IMG/VR virus record: IMGVR_UViG_3300031716_000015
Coordinates: 1 to 49,865 of that record
Origin: a virus
Taxonomy: Duplodnaviria; Caudoviricetes
Length of the DNA: 49,865 bases
Reading direction: 5' to 3' (one strand)
Part shown: positions 35,070-42,734 of the stretch, in pieces
Layout: the number at the start of each line of letters is the position of its first letter
How positions within the stretch are numbered: position 1 is the stretch's first letter
The notes under the pieces: generated by a model
The model's input: only the letters and a program-made list of their open reading frames with translations
The model's database searches: none
Told to the model about the DNA's origin: nothing
Position numbers and translations under genes: made by a program

Positions 35070-35257
35070 CGGACCGTCCTCCCGGTGAGTAGTTGGGCGA
35101 TGGCGACGAGCGCGGCGCCCCACGCGCGGCCGCAGTCGATGGCGGTAGTCAGCGGGGTACGCGAGCCCGGAACGCGGAACTCCTTCGGGCCGGGCTTCGG
35201 CTTCGGCGTCGTGGGTGCGGGCCTCGGGTGAATCGGCTCGGGTCGCGCACTGGCCAT
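35066..35257 (-). CDS. Hypothetical protein
   Basis: TGATG/ATGA overlaps. Confidence 0.5.
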   Translation of the reverse strand: MASARPEPIHPRPAPTTPKPKPGPKEFRVPGSRTPLTTAIDCGRAWGAALVAIAQLLTGRTVR

Positions 35258-35436
35258 CAGATGGCCCTCGCCTTCTCCAGCACCGCGAACTGCGAATCTG
35301 GTATCCGAAGCCGCTTGCGCTTGTCGGAGCCGACGTTGATCGCCTTGATGGTCCGGTTCGTGATGAAGCCGCGGACCACTGTCTTGTCGACGCCGAGCGC
35401 CTTGGCGAACTGCTCGACCGTCAGGTAGGCGGGCAT
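35257..35436 (-). CDS. Excisionase-like HTH protein (59 aa, absent from the ORF track)
   Basis: MPAYLTVEQFAKALGVDKTVVRGFITNRTIKAINVGSDKRKRLRIP...; directly after cro. Confidence 0.75.
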   Translation of the reverse strand: MPAYLTVEQFAKALGVDKTVVRGFITNRTIKAINVGSDKRKRLRIPDSQFAVLEKARAI

Positions 35437-35437
35437 G

Positions 35438-35704
35438 TCACTCCCCCGCTTCCTGGCCGATGATCTTCTCGACGGTCAGCTGCAGGCGGTCGGCGATGCG
35501 CATCGCCGTGGCGAGCGCGACTCCGATCTGCCGACGTCGCCAGCGGTACAGCGTGGATCGGTCGGTGCCGAGGTGTTCGGCGAGAGCGACGTCCGTGTCG
35601 ATGCCGATCTCGCGGGCCTTCGCGTCGATGACGGTGAAGTCGAGCCAGACCCTCGCTGATGATGCGGCTTGCGCGTCCTGCTGAGCGTCAATTGATGCGA
35701 CCAC
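35438..35704 (-). CDS. Cro-like XRE HTH protein
   Basis: LAEHLGTDRSTLYRWRR; divergent from the repressor; -10 TACGGT 7 nt upstream. Confidence 0.8.
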   Translation of the reverse strand: MVASIDAQQDAQAASSARVWLDFTVIDAKAREIGIDTDVALAEHLGTDRSTLYRWRRRQIGVALATAMRIADRLQLTVEKIIGQEAGE

Positions 35705-35872
35705 GCATCAGACCGTACGCCGAAGTGCCAAGATGCGCTACCGCATCACGGTCAGCCGTTCGGATGATTCGCCGGTTCCCCCTCCCGGGCCGATGATGCG
35801 TATATGCAACGTTACGACAGCGCCTATACCCCGACGCGAGTCGCTCGCTGGGTCATGATGCGTGTCCGCATA
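35694..35872. promoter_or_regulatory. Immunity operators GATGCG-N4-CGCATC
   Basis: Perfect at 35694-35709 and 35732-35747; degenerate at 35795-35810 and 35857-35872. Confidence 0.7.
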
Positions 35873-35923
35873 GGTGCGGAGGCGCCTACTCCCAGGCCAG
35901 GGCGGGTCATCTACGTTGTGCGC

Positions 35924-36385
35924 ATGCGCAACATCGAGGACGTCACAAGCGGCGACTGGGCATCATTCGTCCGCGAGGGGCGCCGCGAGGTGAAGATGAC
36001 CCAGGAGAAGTTCGCGGCCGCTGCGCGCGTCAACCGGTCCACGGTGTACCGCTGGGAGAAAGACGGCATGAAGCCGGAGAGCGTCTCCCAGGTCATCGCC
36101 GTGGCCGACGTTCTGGGCGTGGACCACGCCGTCGCGCTCAAGGCCGCCGGCCTGGCCCCACCCGAGCCCGCCGAGCCGCGCAAGCCCCACCCACTCGTGG
36201 TGAAGTACGGCCTCAGTTCTTCTGACTCGATCGTGCGCCGGATACTCGCCGAGGACACCGACGAGGTCACCCGTGAGCAGATGTTCCGCCACTACCGCCG
36301 CCGCCTCGACGAAGCGGCTGCCGACATCGACTGGATGGCCCGCACGGCGAAGGGAACCGACCGTGGCATGGATTCGGCGGCTTAG
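35924..36385 (+). CDS. Immunity repressor (XRE HTH)
   Basis: MTQEKFAAAARVNRSTVYRWE; upstream of integrase; TACGTT -10 6 nt before the ATG (start uncertain). Confidence 0.85.
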   Translation: MRNIEDVTSGDWASFVREGRREVKMTQEKFAAAARVNRSTVYRWEKDGMKPESVSQVIAVADVLGVDHAVALKAAGLAPPEPAEPRKPHPLVVKYGLSSSDSIVRRILAEDTDEVTREQMFRHYRRRLDEAAADIDWMARTAKGTDRGMDSAA

Positions 36386-37553
36386 CTCCGGCAACTGGGC
36401 GGCGACCGTACGACTCGCCAACGGCCAGCGCGCCAACGACTCCTTCCCGCTCAAGGACATGGCAGAGAAGTGGGCGGCCGAGGTTGCCGCCGCCGACCGG
36501 CGCGGCGAATGGATCGACCCGAAGCTCGGCCAGGTCACCATCGGCGAACTGTGGGACCGCTACGGCGACGCCCGCCCCCTGGAACGTGCATCCCGCGCCC
36601 GGGACATGTCCCACTGGCGCACCCACGTCGCGCCCCGCTGGGCGACGGTTCGGGCCGGGACGATCCTCAAGCCCGACATCAAGGCGTGGGTTGTCGAGAT
36701 GGAGCGCGCCGGTGTGGGCGCCGCGTCCATCGAGGCCGCTGTCGGCGTGCTGAGGTCCATGCTGGAGACCGCCGTCGACGCCCGCCTCATCCGGGTCAAC
36801 CCGGCGCAGGGGGTGCGGTCCCCGCGGCGCGGTGCGCATCTCGACCGCATCCTCGACGACCACGAAGACGAGATCCTGCTGGGCAACATGGACCGCCGCT
36901 GGCCCGGCGCAGCGTACGCGCGACTGTTCGCCGAGCTGATGCTGTACTGCGGGCTGCGCTACGAGGAGGCGGCCGCGATCCGCCGCGAGCGCGTCGACAT
37001 GCGCCAGCGGATCCTGCACATCGGGCCGGTGATGGAACGCGACGGGAAGATCCGCGAGTACCCGAAGAGTCCGGCCGGCGTGCGGCCGGTGCCGGTCGAC
37101 GACGAGCTGTGGCCGCGGCTGCGCGATCACGCGCTGACGGTGGAGCCCGGCGCGCTGGTCTTCACCGCGGCCGAGGGCGGGCCCCTTCGGTACACGAACT
37201 GGCGTAACCGGATCTGGCTGCCAGCGCTTTGCGAGCGGGTACCGATGTCGGCCGCGGAGATCGAGGCATACGTCGCCGGGCGGAAGGCAGTGGGCAGGCG
37301 CAGCGGGTGGCGGCCCGAGTACCTCAGGGAGGTGCCGCTGCTCGCCGATCCGCAACCGACGCCGCACGACCTGCGCCACACGTACGGCACGCGGCTGGGC
37401 GAGGAGGGTATGCCGCCGCACGAGATCATGGCGCTGATGGGGCATGCGAACCTGCGGTCGGTGCAGCGCTACCTCCACGCCCGGGAAGGCCGGTTCGAGC
37501 GGGCGCGGCGGGCGATGTCGGCCTCGCGCGGTCGGTCGTCCACATTGCACTGA
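36363..37553 (+). CDS. int: Tyrosine integrase
   Basis: GLRYEE (R), PKS (K), HDLRH, LMGH, QRY; N-terminal W.A.VR arm-binding strand. Confidence 0.95.
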   Translation: MAWIRRLSSGNWAATVRLANGQRANDSFPLKDMAEKWAAEVAAADRRGEWIDPKLGQVTIGELWDRYGDARPLERASRARDMSHWRTHVAPRWATVRAGTILKPDIKAWVVEMERAGVGAASIEAAVGVLRSMLETAVDARLIRVNPAQGVRSPRRGAHLDRILDDHEDEILLGNMDRRWPGAAYARLFAELMLYCGLRYEEAAAIRRERVDMRQRILHIGPVMERDGKIREYPKSPAGVRPVPVDDELWPRLRDHALTVEPGALVFTAAEGGPLRYTNWRNRIWLPALCERVPMSAAEIEAYVAGRKAVGRRSGWRPEYLREVPLLADPQPTPHDLRHTYGTRLGEEGMPPHEIMALMGHANLRSVQRYLHAREGRFERARRAMSASRGRSSTLH

Positions 37554-37678
37554 TCGGTAGTCAAACGGTAGTCAGGATCTTGAACTGTAGCCAATCCCAG
37601 CCATCCCTAGACAACCCGAAATACCAGGCCAGCCGCTGTGTCGATGGAGTTCCCGCAGGTCAGAGAACCGGCTGATTA

Positions 37679-37724
37679 TCGTTCACACCGAAGAGGTCGC
37701 GTGTTCGATCCACGCATCGCCCAC
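37679..37724 (+). other. attP core: 3' half of tRNA-Val(CAC)
   Basis: TCG-TTCACAC-CGAAG-AGGTC-GCGTG-TTCGATC-CACGC-ATCGCCCA: anticodon loop, T arm and acceptor 3' strand; no 5' half. Confidence 0.85.
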
Positions 37725-37740
37725 GATGAATAGCAGCAGA

Positions 37741-37778
37741 CGAGAGGCCCCGGATGGATCGCCATCCGGGGCCTCTCG
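37741..37778. terminator. 17 bp stem-loop downstream of the attP tRNA half
   Basis: CGAGAGGCCCCGGATGG-ATCG-CCATCCGGGGCCTCTCG. Confidence 0.75.
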
Positions 37779-37813
37779 CTTCAAGATCCGCGATCTCCGA
37801 AGTCATTCGGTAG

Positions 37814-38353
37814 TCAGCGTTTTGACCCGGGATCGCGCCTGGGGCCATCCGTTCCGGTCCTCTCATCGCCCTTGATCAGTCGGAGGTCGGGAAGGCCCTC
37901 GGACTTGATCAGCCCGTCGACGAACTGCGCGGCGAACGCCGGGCCCCCACGCCGAGGCCGCCTTCGCCGCGGCGACCGCTCTGTGCCCTGCACCGGCGGG
38001 TACCGCTTGATGAAGTCGCCCAGCAGCGCCTTGAGGCCCTCAACCTCCCCGGACAGCCCCGCCGCCGTGTTGGTCAGATCGAGTGTGTCCTCATCGATGC
38101 GGTCCAGCCTCGCGGCCAGGGCGGCGGTATCGCGCCGCATGGCGTCCTGGCGTACGCAGACGATCGTCAGGCCGGCCACGATCGCGGCGAGAACGGCGAA
38201 CGTGACGGCCGCGACGTGGGCGTAGCGGGTTGTCCCGTCCTTCTCCATGGACATGGCGCTGATGGTGGCGGCGAGTATCAGCAGCACGGTGACTGCGGCG
38301 GCGCGCCAGGCGTACGCCGGGATGGCTGGTCGTGCGGGTTCGGGCTCGGTCAT
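37814..38353 (-). CDS. Two-TM membrane protein with cytoplasmic coiled coil
   Basis: Two hydrophobic helices, heptads; RBS GAGGGAG. Confidence 0.7.
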   Translation of the reverse strand: MTEPEPARPAIPAYAWRAAAVTVLLILAATISAMSMEKDGTTRYAHVAAVTFAVLAAIVAGLTIVCVRQDAMRRDTAALAARLDRIDEDTLDLTNTAAGLSGEVEGLKALLGDFIKRYPPVQGTERSPRRRRPRRGGPAFAAQFVDGLIKSEGLPDLRLIKGDERTGTDGPRRDPGSKR

Positions 38354-38764
38354 GTCTGCGCTCCCTCGTGTCGCCGTCGGGTGTCTGGGACGGCATGCGG
38401 TTCGGGCTCCCGCTCGCCGCACCCGGGCGGGACGTACAGGGCCGGGGGCTGCGCAGGAACCAGGGTTGCCCTCGGGAACCACGACCGTGCCACTGATGGC
38501 GGAAGGGGGTCAACACCCTGGTCGCTGAAGTAGGACGATGAGGAGATCACCGACCGTCACCGCTCATGGAGGAACGTTCGCCTGGCGAACGATCTGCGTG
38601 CACGGCGGTGCGGAGGCTCCACGTGAAACGTCACGCTCAGCCTCGCTCGGCTACGGCGGGTAAGTCCATGCAGGATGCAAATTGCCCGCGAGATTTACCC
38701 GACCGGTTGATCTTTCGTGCCACGTCCGGCCGATGCTGTAACACCTGCCGGGCTGGCAGCGATA

Positions 38765-38986
38765 TCAGCGGGATGGGCCACCAGGGCCCGTGGCGGCCTC
38801 GGTCCAGCGCGGGCCGCAGTCGTCGACCGCGGCGCCGTCCCGACGGTCGTCGTCCTCGTCTCCACCGCGGCGCGGGTATTCGCGCTCATCCCAGTCCACG
38901 AGTTCCGCGCGCAGCGCGGCCTGCCGCTTCAGCTCACGTTTGTACAGCGCGACTGCTTCCGTGAGCGCGGGGTCGGGGTCCGCCAT
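38765..38986 (-). CDS. Hypothetical protein
   Basis: RBS GGAGG; divergent from GntR. Confidence 0.5.
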   Translation of the reverse strand: MADPDPALTEAVALYKRELKRQAALRAELVDWDEREYPRRGGDEDDDRRDGAAVDDCGPRWTEAATGPGGPSR

Positions 38987-39242
38987 GGTTCCTCCCGGGT
39001 TGTCTCCCCGGCGCCGGGCCTTCCACTTGCAACACCGACGCCGGGGGCTAAGGGCCGGGCGGTCCATTTGGTAGCGACCATCGGGGACCGCCCGGTCTGG
39101 GCCGCGTACCTCAGTGTCGAGCTGGGAGGCGGCCCTCAACGCAGCTTTACAAGTAATGCAAGCCATGTCAACATGACCTAGCTAGCTTGTCACCATCGAA
39201 GGGGGTGTGATGGGATCTTCTGGTCGAGCTGGGAGTACCGTC

Positions 39243-39476
39243 ATGCCTTCTACTGAGGCGCGCTGGGAGCGCGTCATGCGCGTACTACGAGCGCGCATCG
39301 CTGCCGGGGAGTACGAACCCGACGGCCGCCTGCCATCCACCGCCGAACTCGCGGGCGAGTTCAAGGTCAGCAAGCCCACCGTGCGCCAGGCCATCACAGT
39401 GATGACCGCGCTGGGAGAGCTTCGCGGCGAGCAGGGCGTGGCCGTGTACCGGGTCAAGAAGGAGGAGGGCGAATGA
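39243..39476 (+). CDS. GntR-family winged-HTH protein (DNA-binding domain only)
   Basis: LRARI.AGEY....RLPS.AELA.EF.VS..TVRQA...G.L..EQG. Confidence 0.85.
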   Translation: MPSTEARWERVMRVLRARIAAGEYEPDGRLPSTAELAGEFKVSKPTVRQAITVMTALGELRGEQGVAVYRVKKEEGE

Positions 39477-39682
39477 GCTATATGCCTATCGATACGTCAC
39501 TCGGGCACCCGCTCCAGTACGCCTTCTGCGGCAACGTCTATATCGGCGACACCGAGAACCTGACGGACCCAGAGGTGCGCGCCAAAACCAGGCAGCAGGG
39601 CGCGGTAGATCGCTACAACCGCTGCCCCACATGCGAGCAGTGGTCACCCTGCGACGTCAGGCGAGCAGGCACCGATGGATGA
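39473..39682 (+). CDS. Hypothetical protein
   Basis: ATGA overlap; CPTCEQWSPC. Confidence 0.6.
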   Translation: MSYMPIDTSLGHPLQYAFCGNVYIGDTENLTDPEVRAKTRQQGAVDRYNRCPTCEQWSPCDVRRAGTDG

Positions 39683-40082
39683 GTTGATCGCCTTTCTCCG
39701 GCGCATGCTCGACGCCGATGAGGCACGGGCGAGGGCCGCTACTCCGGGCCCGTGGCGACACAACCCGGACAAGCATTGGCGCAAGCCCGGTACGTCGTGG
39801 TTCGAGGAGGCCGTGTTTGCTGGTGCTCCCGGAGCTGACGCGACCTGCGTCGCTGGGACCGGCGAGACTGACGACCCGCAAAGCATGGCCGACGCCGACC
39901 ACATCGCCCGCCACGACCCGGCGCGCGTCCTCGCCGACGTCGCCGCCAAGCGGGCAATTCTGAACGCGGCCGTGATGCTGCTCGTGGACGACGCAGAAGA
40001 CGAGGAAGCCGCCGAGATCGTGAAGAACCTGGCGCTGCCGTACGCCGACCACCCCGATTACCAGGAGTCGTGGCGGCCGTGA
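39675..40082 (+). CDS. DUF6221-like protein
   Basis: LIAFLR..LD.DE, HIARHDPARVLADVAAKRAIL, LALPYADHPDYQE.WRP. Confidence 0.85.
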   Translation: MDELIAFLRRMLDADEARARAATPGPWRHNPDKHWRKPGTSWFEEAVFAGAPGADATCVAGTGETDDPQSMADADHIARHDPARVLADVAAKRAILNAAVMLLVDDAEDEEAAEIVKNLALPYADHPDYQESWRP

Positions 40083-40348
40083 GCGACGCCATCACCATGG
40101 TCATCGGCAGCGGCGAGGCGTGCGACCTCCGCGTCGACGACCCGTACGCTTCGCCTCGCCACGCGGCAATCACGCGGCGCGCCAACGGCACCTACTGGAT
40201 CGAAGACCTCGGCTCCACCAACGGCACCCGAATCTTCCGCGGCCAGGGCGACGCCTTCGGCACGAAGGTCTACGGACCGACACCGCTCATGCGGGGCGAT
40301 GTCATACGCATCGGGCGGACGCCGATCCCTTGGACGCCGCCCGCCTAG
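40079..40348 (+). CDS. Stand-alone FHA domain protein
   Basis: IGS...CDL...D.Y.S.RHA.I...W.IEDLGSTNGT...L..GDVIRIG. Confidence 0.9.
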   Translation: MSDAITMVIGSGEACDLRVDDPYASPRHAAITRRANGTYWIEDLGSTNGTRIFRGQGDAFGTKVYGPTPLMRGDVIRIGRTPIPWTPPA

Positions 40349-40410
40349 CTCCCACGCTTCTCCCACCCTCTTCCCCCCACCACTTCCCAACCATGGGAGG
40401 TCAACCCACC

Positions 40411-40680
40411 TTGCTCACATCCGAAGAGCTGGAACAGCTCGCCACCGAACTCCTTGACTTCATCACCGAACGCGCAGGCGACCTCGTGGCCGACCGCGAC
40501 GACGCGTACGCCTGGCTGACCGCCGCGCTGGAGGTCGACGCCGGCTTGCGGCGGGTCGCGCCGCGTGTGTCCAGTGCGCTGGACGGGCGTGCGCTGCGGG
40601 AGGGCATGTCGCAGGCGGCTATCGCGCGGGCGCGGGGTACGTCGCGGCAGGCGGTCAACGGGCGCGTCAGGGCGTCTTGA
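40411..40680 (+). CDS. C-terminal HTH protein
   Basis: GMSQAAIARARGTSRQAVNGR; GGAGG upstream of TTG. Confidence 0.7.
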   Translation: MLTSEELEQLATELLDFITERAGDLVADRDDAYAWLTAALEVDAGLRRVAPRVSSALDGRALREGMSQAAIARARGTSRQAVNGRVRAS

Positions 40681-40688
40681 CGTACGCT

Positions 40689-41198
40689 GTAGCCCGGATT
40701 GCATCGGAGGTGACCGTGGCGCAGAGGCTGTACCTGGCGGACCTGCAGGAGCGTTACGGCGCTCCGAAGGGGACGGTGCTGGCGTGGCGGCGCCGCGGTC
40801 TGCTGCCTGCGGAGGACGGCACCGAGGCCGACCGCGGGCATGTGCGCCCGTACTGGCTTGAGTCCACTCTGTCCGATTGGTCGCCGCCGCGCGCACGCTC
40901 TGTGAGCTGACTGGCCGCTCCGGCGTGTCCGATTCGCCCTGTGGATCATAACGGGACGGTAACGCAATCCGGGTTGCCCAAGTTTGGACGTCAGCCGGTC
41001 GGCCAAGCTTGCAATCCGGATTGCGCCTGTAACTGCCCGCGAGGTGCAACCAGACTTACGTGTCCGCATTGGACGGTTGCCCAGCGTGAGAATCCGGCCG
41101 ATTTGGCACGCGCGTTCGACGCTATAGGCGCTGACCAGGGAGCGCCTCCGCCGACGCCCAGGTCAGAGGTGGTGGACGTGATGCAATCCGGATTGCAT
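40689..41198. promoter_or_regulatory. Palindromic operator GCAATCCGGATTGC, repeated
   Basis: 41011-41024 and 41183-41196 perfect; 40964-40977 one mismatch; 40689-40702 degenerate. Confidence 0.75.
40716..40910 (+). CDS. AlpA/MerR-like small DNA-binding protein
   Basis: GTVLAWRRRGLLP..D......PYW..STL..W; RBS GGAGG. Confidence 0.7.
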   Translation: MAQRLYLADLQERYGAPKGTVLAWRRRGLLPAEDGTEADRGHVRPYWLESTLSDWSPPRARSVS

Positions 41199-41208
41199 GC
41201 TTGTGGAC

Positions 41209-41457
41209 ATGACCGATGAAGCACGCCGCCAAGCCGCCGAGATCCTGTCCGCCGCCGCCGACCAGTACCGCATCAACCAGGCCCACGCCGAAGCGCTCAT
41301 CGCCAACGCCGACGAACGCTGCGACTGCCCCGCCGAAGAGTGCGACTGCCCGACCCCCGACGAGATGCGCGCCGACGCGAGCACCCGCGCCACCCTCGCC
41401 AACGCCGCCGCGACCATGGCACTCGCGATGGTCACCTTCCTCACCCCGAAGGAGTAG
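41209..41457 (+). CDS. Hypothetical protein (CDC..ECDC)
   Basis: Probably leaderless; TGGACG and CATGCT elements flank an operator. Confidence 0.65.
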   Translation: MTDEARRQAAEILSAAADQYRINQAHAEALIANADERCDCPAEECDCPTPDEMRADASTRATLANAAATMALAMVTFLTPKE

Positions 41458-41461
41458 AGCC

Positions 41462-41731
41462 ATGGACCGCACCGAACTGGCCCGCCGCCTCGCCGACGTG
41501 CACGCAGTCGCCGATTCCCTCGCCGAGCAGATGCGCGAGAAGGAGCGCCAGGCCGTCGTCCTCGCCAACGGCTGGGCCCTCGAAGCGCTCGCGAGCGCCC
41601 TGACCGACCGGCTCAAGCAGTTCGCCGCCGACTACGAGGTCGAGCTGACCGACGACGTGGTTCGGGGTGTGTGGCTCGCCTCGCAGCTGGTACTCGACCT
41701 CGACCCCGACCAGATGCTCGCCGACAACTGA
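41462..41731 (+). CDS. Hypothetical helical protein
   Basis: RBS AAGGAG. Confidence 0.65.
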   Translation: MDRTELARRLADVHAVADSLAEQMREKERQAVVLANGWALEALASALTDRLKQFAADYEVELTDDVVRGVWLASQLVLDLDPDQMLADN

Positions 41732-41751
41732 CCTACCGATAGGAGAGCACC

Positions 41752-41952
41752 GTGAAGCACCAGGTCGAGTACCGCGATGTCGTCGCCGTCGAACGCGTCC
41801 GCGACGGGGCCGTGCAGCGCACCCGGCTCATCTCCCGCTCGCAGGTGTCGGCCCGGGTCCGCTGGGCGGCGGGCGGCGAGGTGGAGCAGGTGTTCTTCGA
41901 CGATCCGGCGCTGCGGTTCCTGACGGCGGCCGAGGCGCGCCGGGCGTCCTGA
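41752..41952 (+). CDS. Hypothetical protein
   Basis: RBS AGGAG; followed by a terminator. Confidence 0.6.
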   Translation: MKHQVEYRDVVAVERVRDGAVQRTRLISRSQVSARVRWAAGGEVEQVFFDDPALRFLTAAEARRAS

Positions 41953-41962
41953 CCCCGGACAC

Positions 41963-42005
41963 AACGAAAGCCCCCGCGGCCTCACGGCAGCGGGGGCTTC
42001 GTTTT
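41963..42005. terminator. Bidirectional terminator
   Basis: AAGCCCCCGC...GCGGGGGCTT flanked by AACG and CGTTTT, between convergent genes. Confidence 0.75.
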
Positions 42006-42007
42006 GG

Positions 42008-42139
42008 TCAGATCGACGAGCTGAACGCGGCCACTTCCACCGGCACAACCGGCTTGGCGCCGACGATGCGGCGGACGACGGCCGCGCGCTGGGCGGCGCT
42101 GATGTCGGCCAGCTTCGGGCGGGGCTGGGTGCTCGGCAT
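42008..42139 (-). CDS. FxSxx-COOH-type RiPP precursor-like peptide (43 aa)
   Basis: MPSTQPRPKLADISAAQRAAVVRRIVGAKPVVPVEVAAFSSSI*; -10 TATCCT 6 nt upstream; terminator downstream. Confidence 0.75.
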   Translation of the reverse strand: MPSTQPRPKLADISAAQRAAVVRRIVGAKPVVPVEVAAFSSSI

Positions 42140-42159
42140 GGCGCCAGGATACGCCGATG

Positions 42160-42404
42160 CAGAAGCGCCCCCGGCCCGAAGGCTGGGGGCGCAACGCTGG
42201 GCGTCCGGGAGTCCGAGACCCTTGTCCAGGAGCGGCCTGGATTCACGCCGCCGAACCGGCGCAGCTTGTCTGGGGAGACGGTGTCCCGCCGTCAGGCTGG
42301 CGCAGTCGCGTCGACTCGACCGCTTGGCCCTTCCCGGGTCCCCGACGTACTGATCTGCGGCCGTCGCCGCACCCTTCCGCCGAGCGCGTTGGCGCCGCTC
42401 CCCG
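42160..42404 (-). ncRNA. Putative structured noncoding RNA or leader (~245 nt)
   Basis: -10 TATGCT at 42411-42416; several nested stems; ends in a cUUCGg hairpin (42165-42192); no credible ORF. Confidence 0.45.
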
Positions 42405-42442
42405 CCGAAGAGCATACACCGGGGCCACGACGGAACCGGCCA

Positions 42443-42473
42443 TTGACACCGCCGCTTAGTACGTGCGTACGAT
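42443..42473 (+). promoter_or_regulatory. Promoter TTGACA-N19-TACGAT overlapped by an SOS-box-like palindrome
   Basis: TAGTAC-GTGC-GTACGA at 42457-42472; GTG start 6 nt after the -10. Confidence 0.5.
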
Positions 42474-42479
42474 TCGAGG

Positions 42480-42734
42480 GTGCTGGAACAGCGGCCCGAC
42501 GGCAGCGTCCGCGAGATCCCGCCCGAGCAGTGCTCGGCGCCGGACTGCGGCCAAACCCTGCTACGGCCCGGCTGGGGCGAATGCCCGCAAGACCGCTGCG
42601 GCAAAATGGGCCGCACCTACACCTGCGACGCCGGGCACATCACCATGGCGTCGTGGCACGAGCACCGCGTCGTCCCCGACGAGCGGCCCCGATGGCACTG
42701 CGGCTACGAGGACCCGAGCAGTTCGTCGAAGTAG
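42480..42734 (+). CDS. Small Cys/His-rich (zinc-ribbon-like) protein
   Basis: C....C, C....C, C..GH; own promoter. Confidence 0.65.
   Translation: MLEQRPDGSVREIPPEQCSAPDCGQTLLRPGWGECPQDRCGKMGRTYTCDAGHITMASWHEHRVVPDERPRWHCGYEDPSSSSK

Larger units (their letters stand above)
37555..37816. repeat. Integrase arm-type sites CGGTAGTCA
   Basis: Copies at 37555, 37566 and 37808 flanking the attP core. Confidence 0.7.

Noticed and set aside
37679-37724. Complete tRNA gene
   Set aside because: 5' acceptor strand and D arm are absent; it is the attP core.
22556-41198. Shared AATCCG core between iterons and the 41 kb operators
   Set aside because: Only 6-7 bp and different geometry (direct versus palindromic); likely chance.
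40941-41219. Cys-rich ORF (QACNPDCACNC) as a RiPP or metallothionein
   Set aside because: Its repeated peptides arise from the GCAATCCGGATTGC palindromes and appear on both strands; no RBS.
42140-42616. 202 aa minus-strand ORF 42008..42616 as one gene
   Set aside because: The upstream part crosses a hairpin terminator and two promoter elements and looks non-coding; only the last 43 codons have their own start signal.
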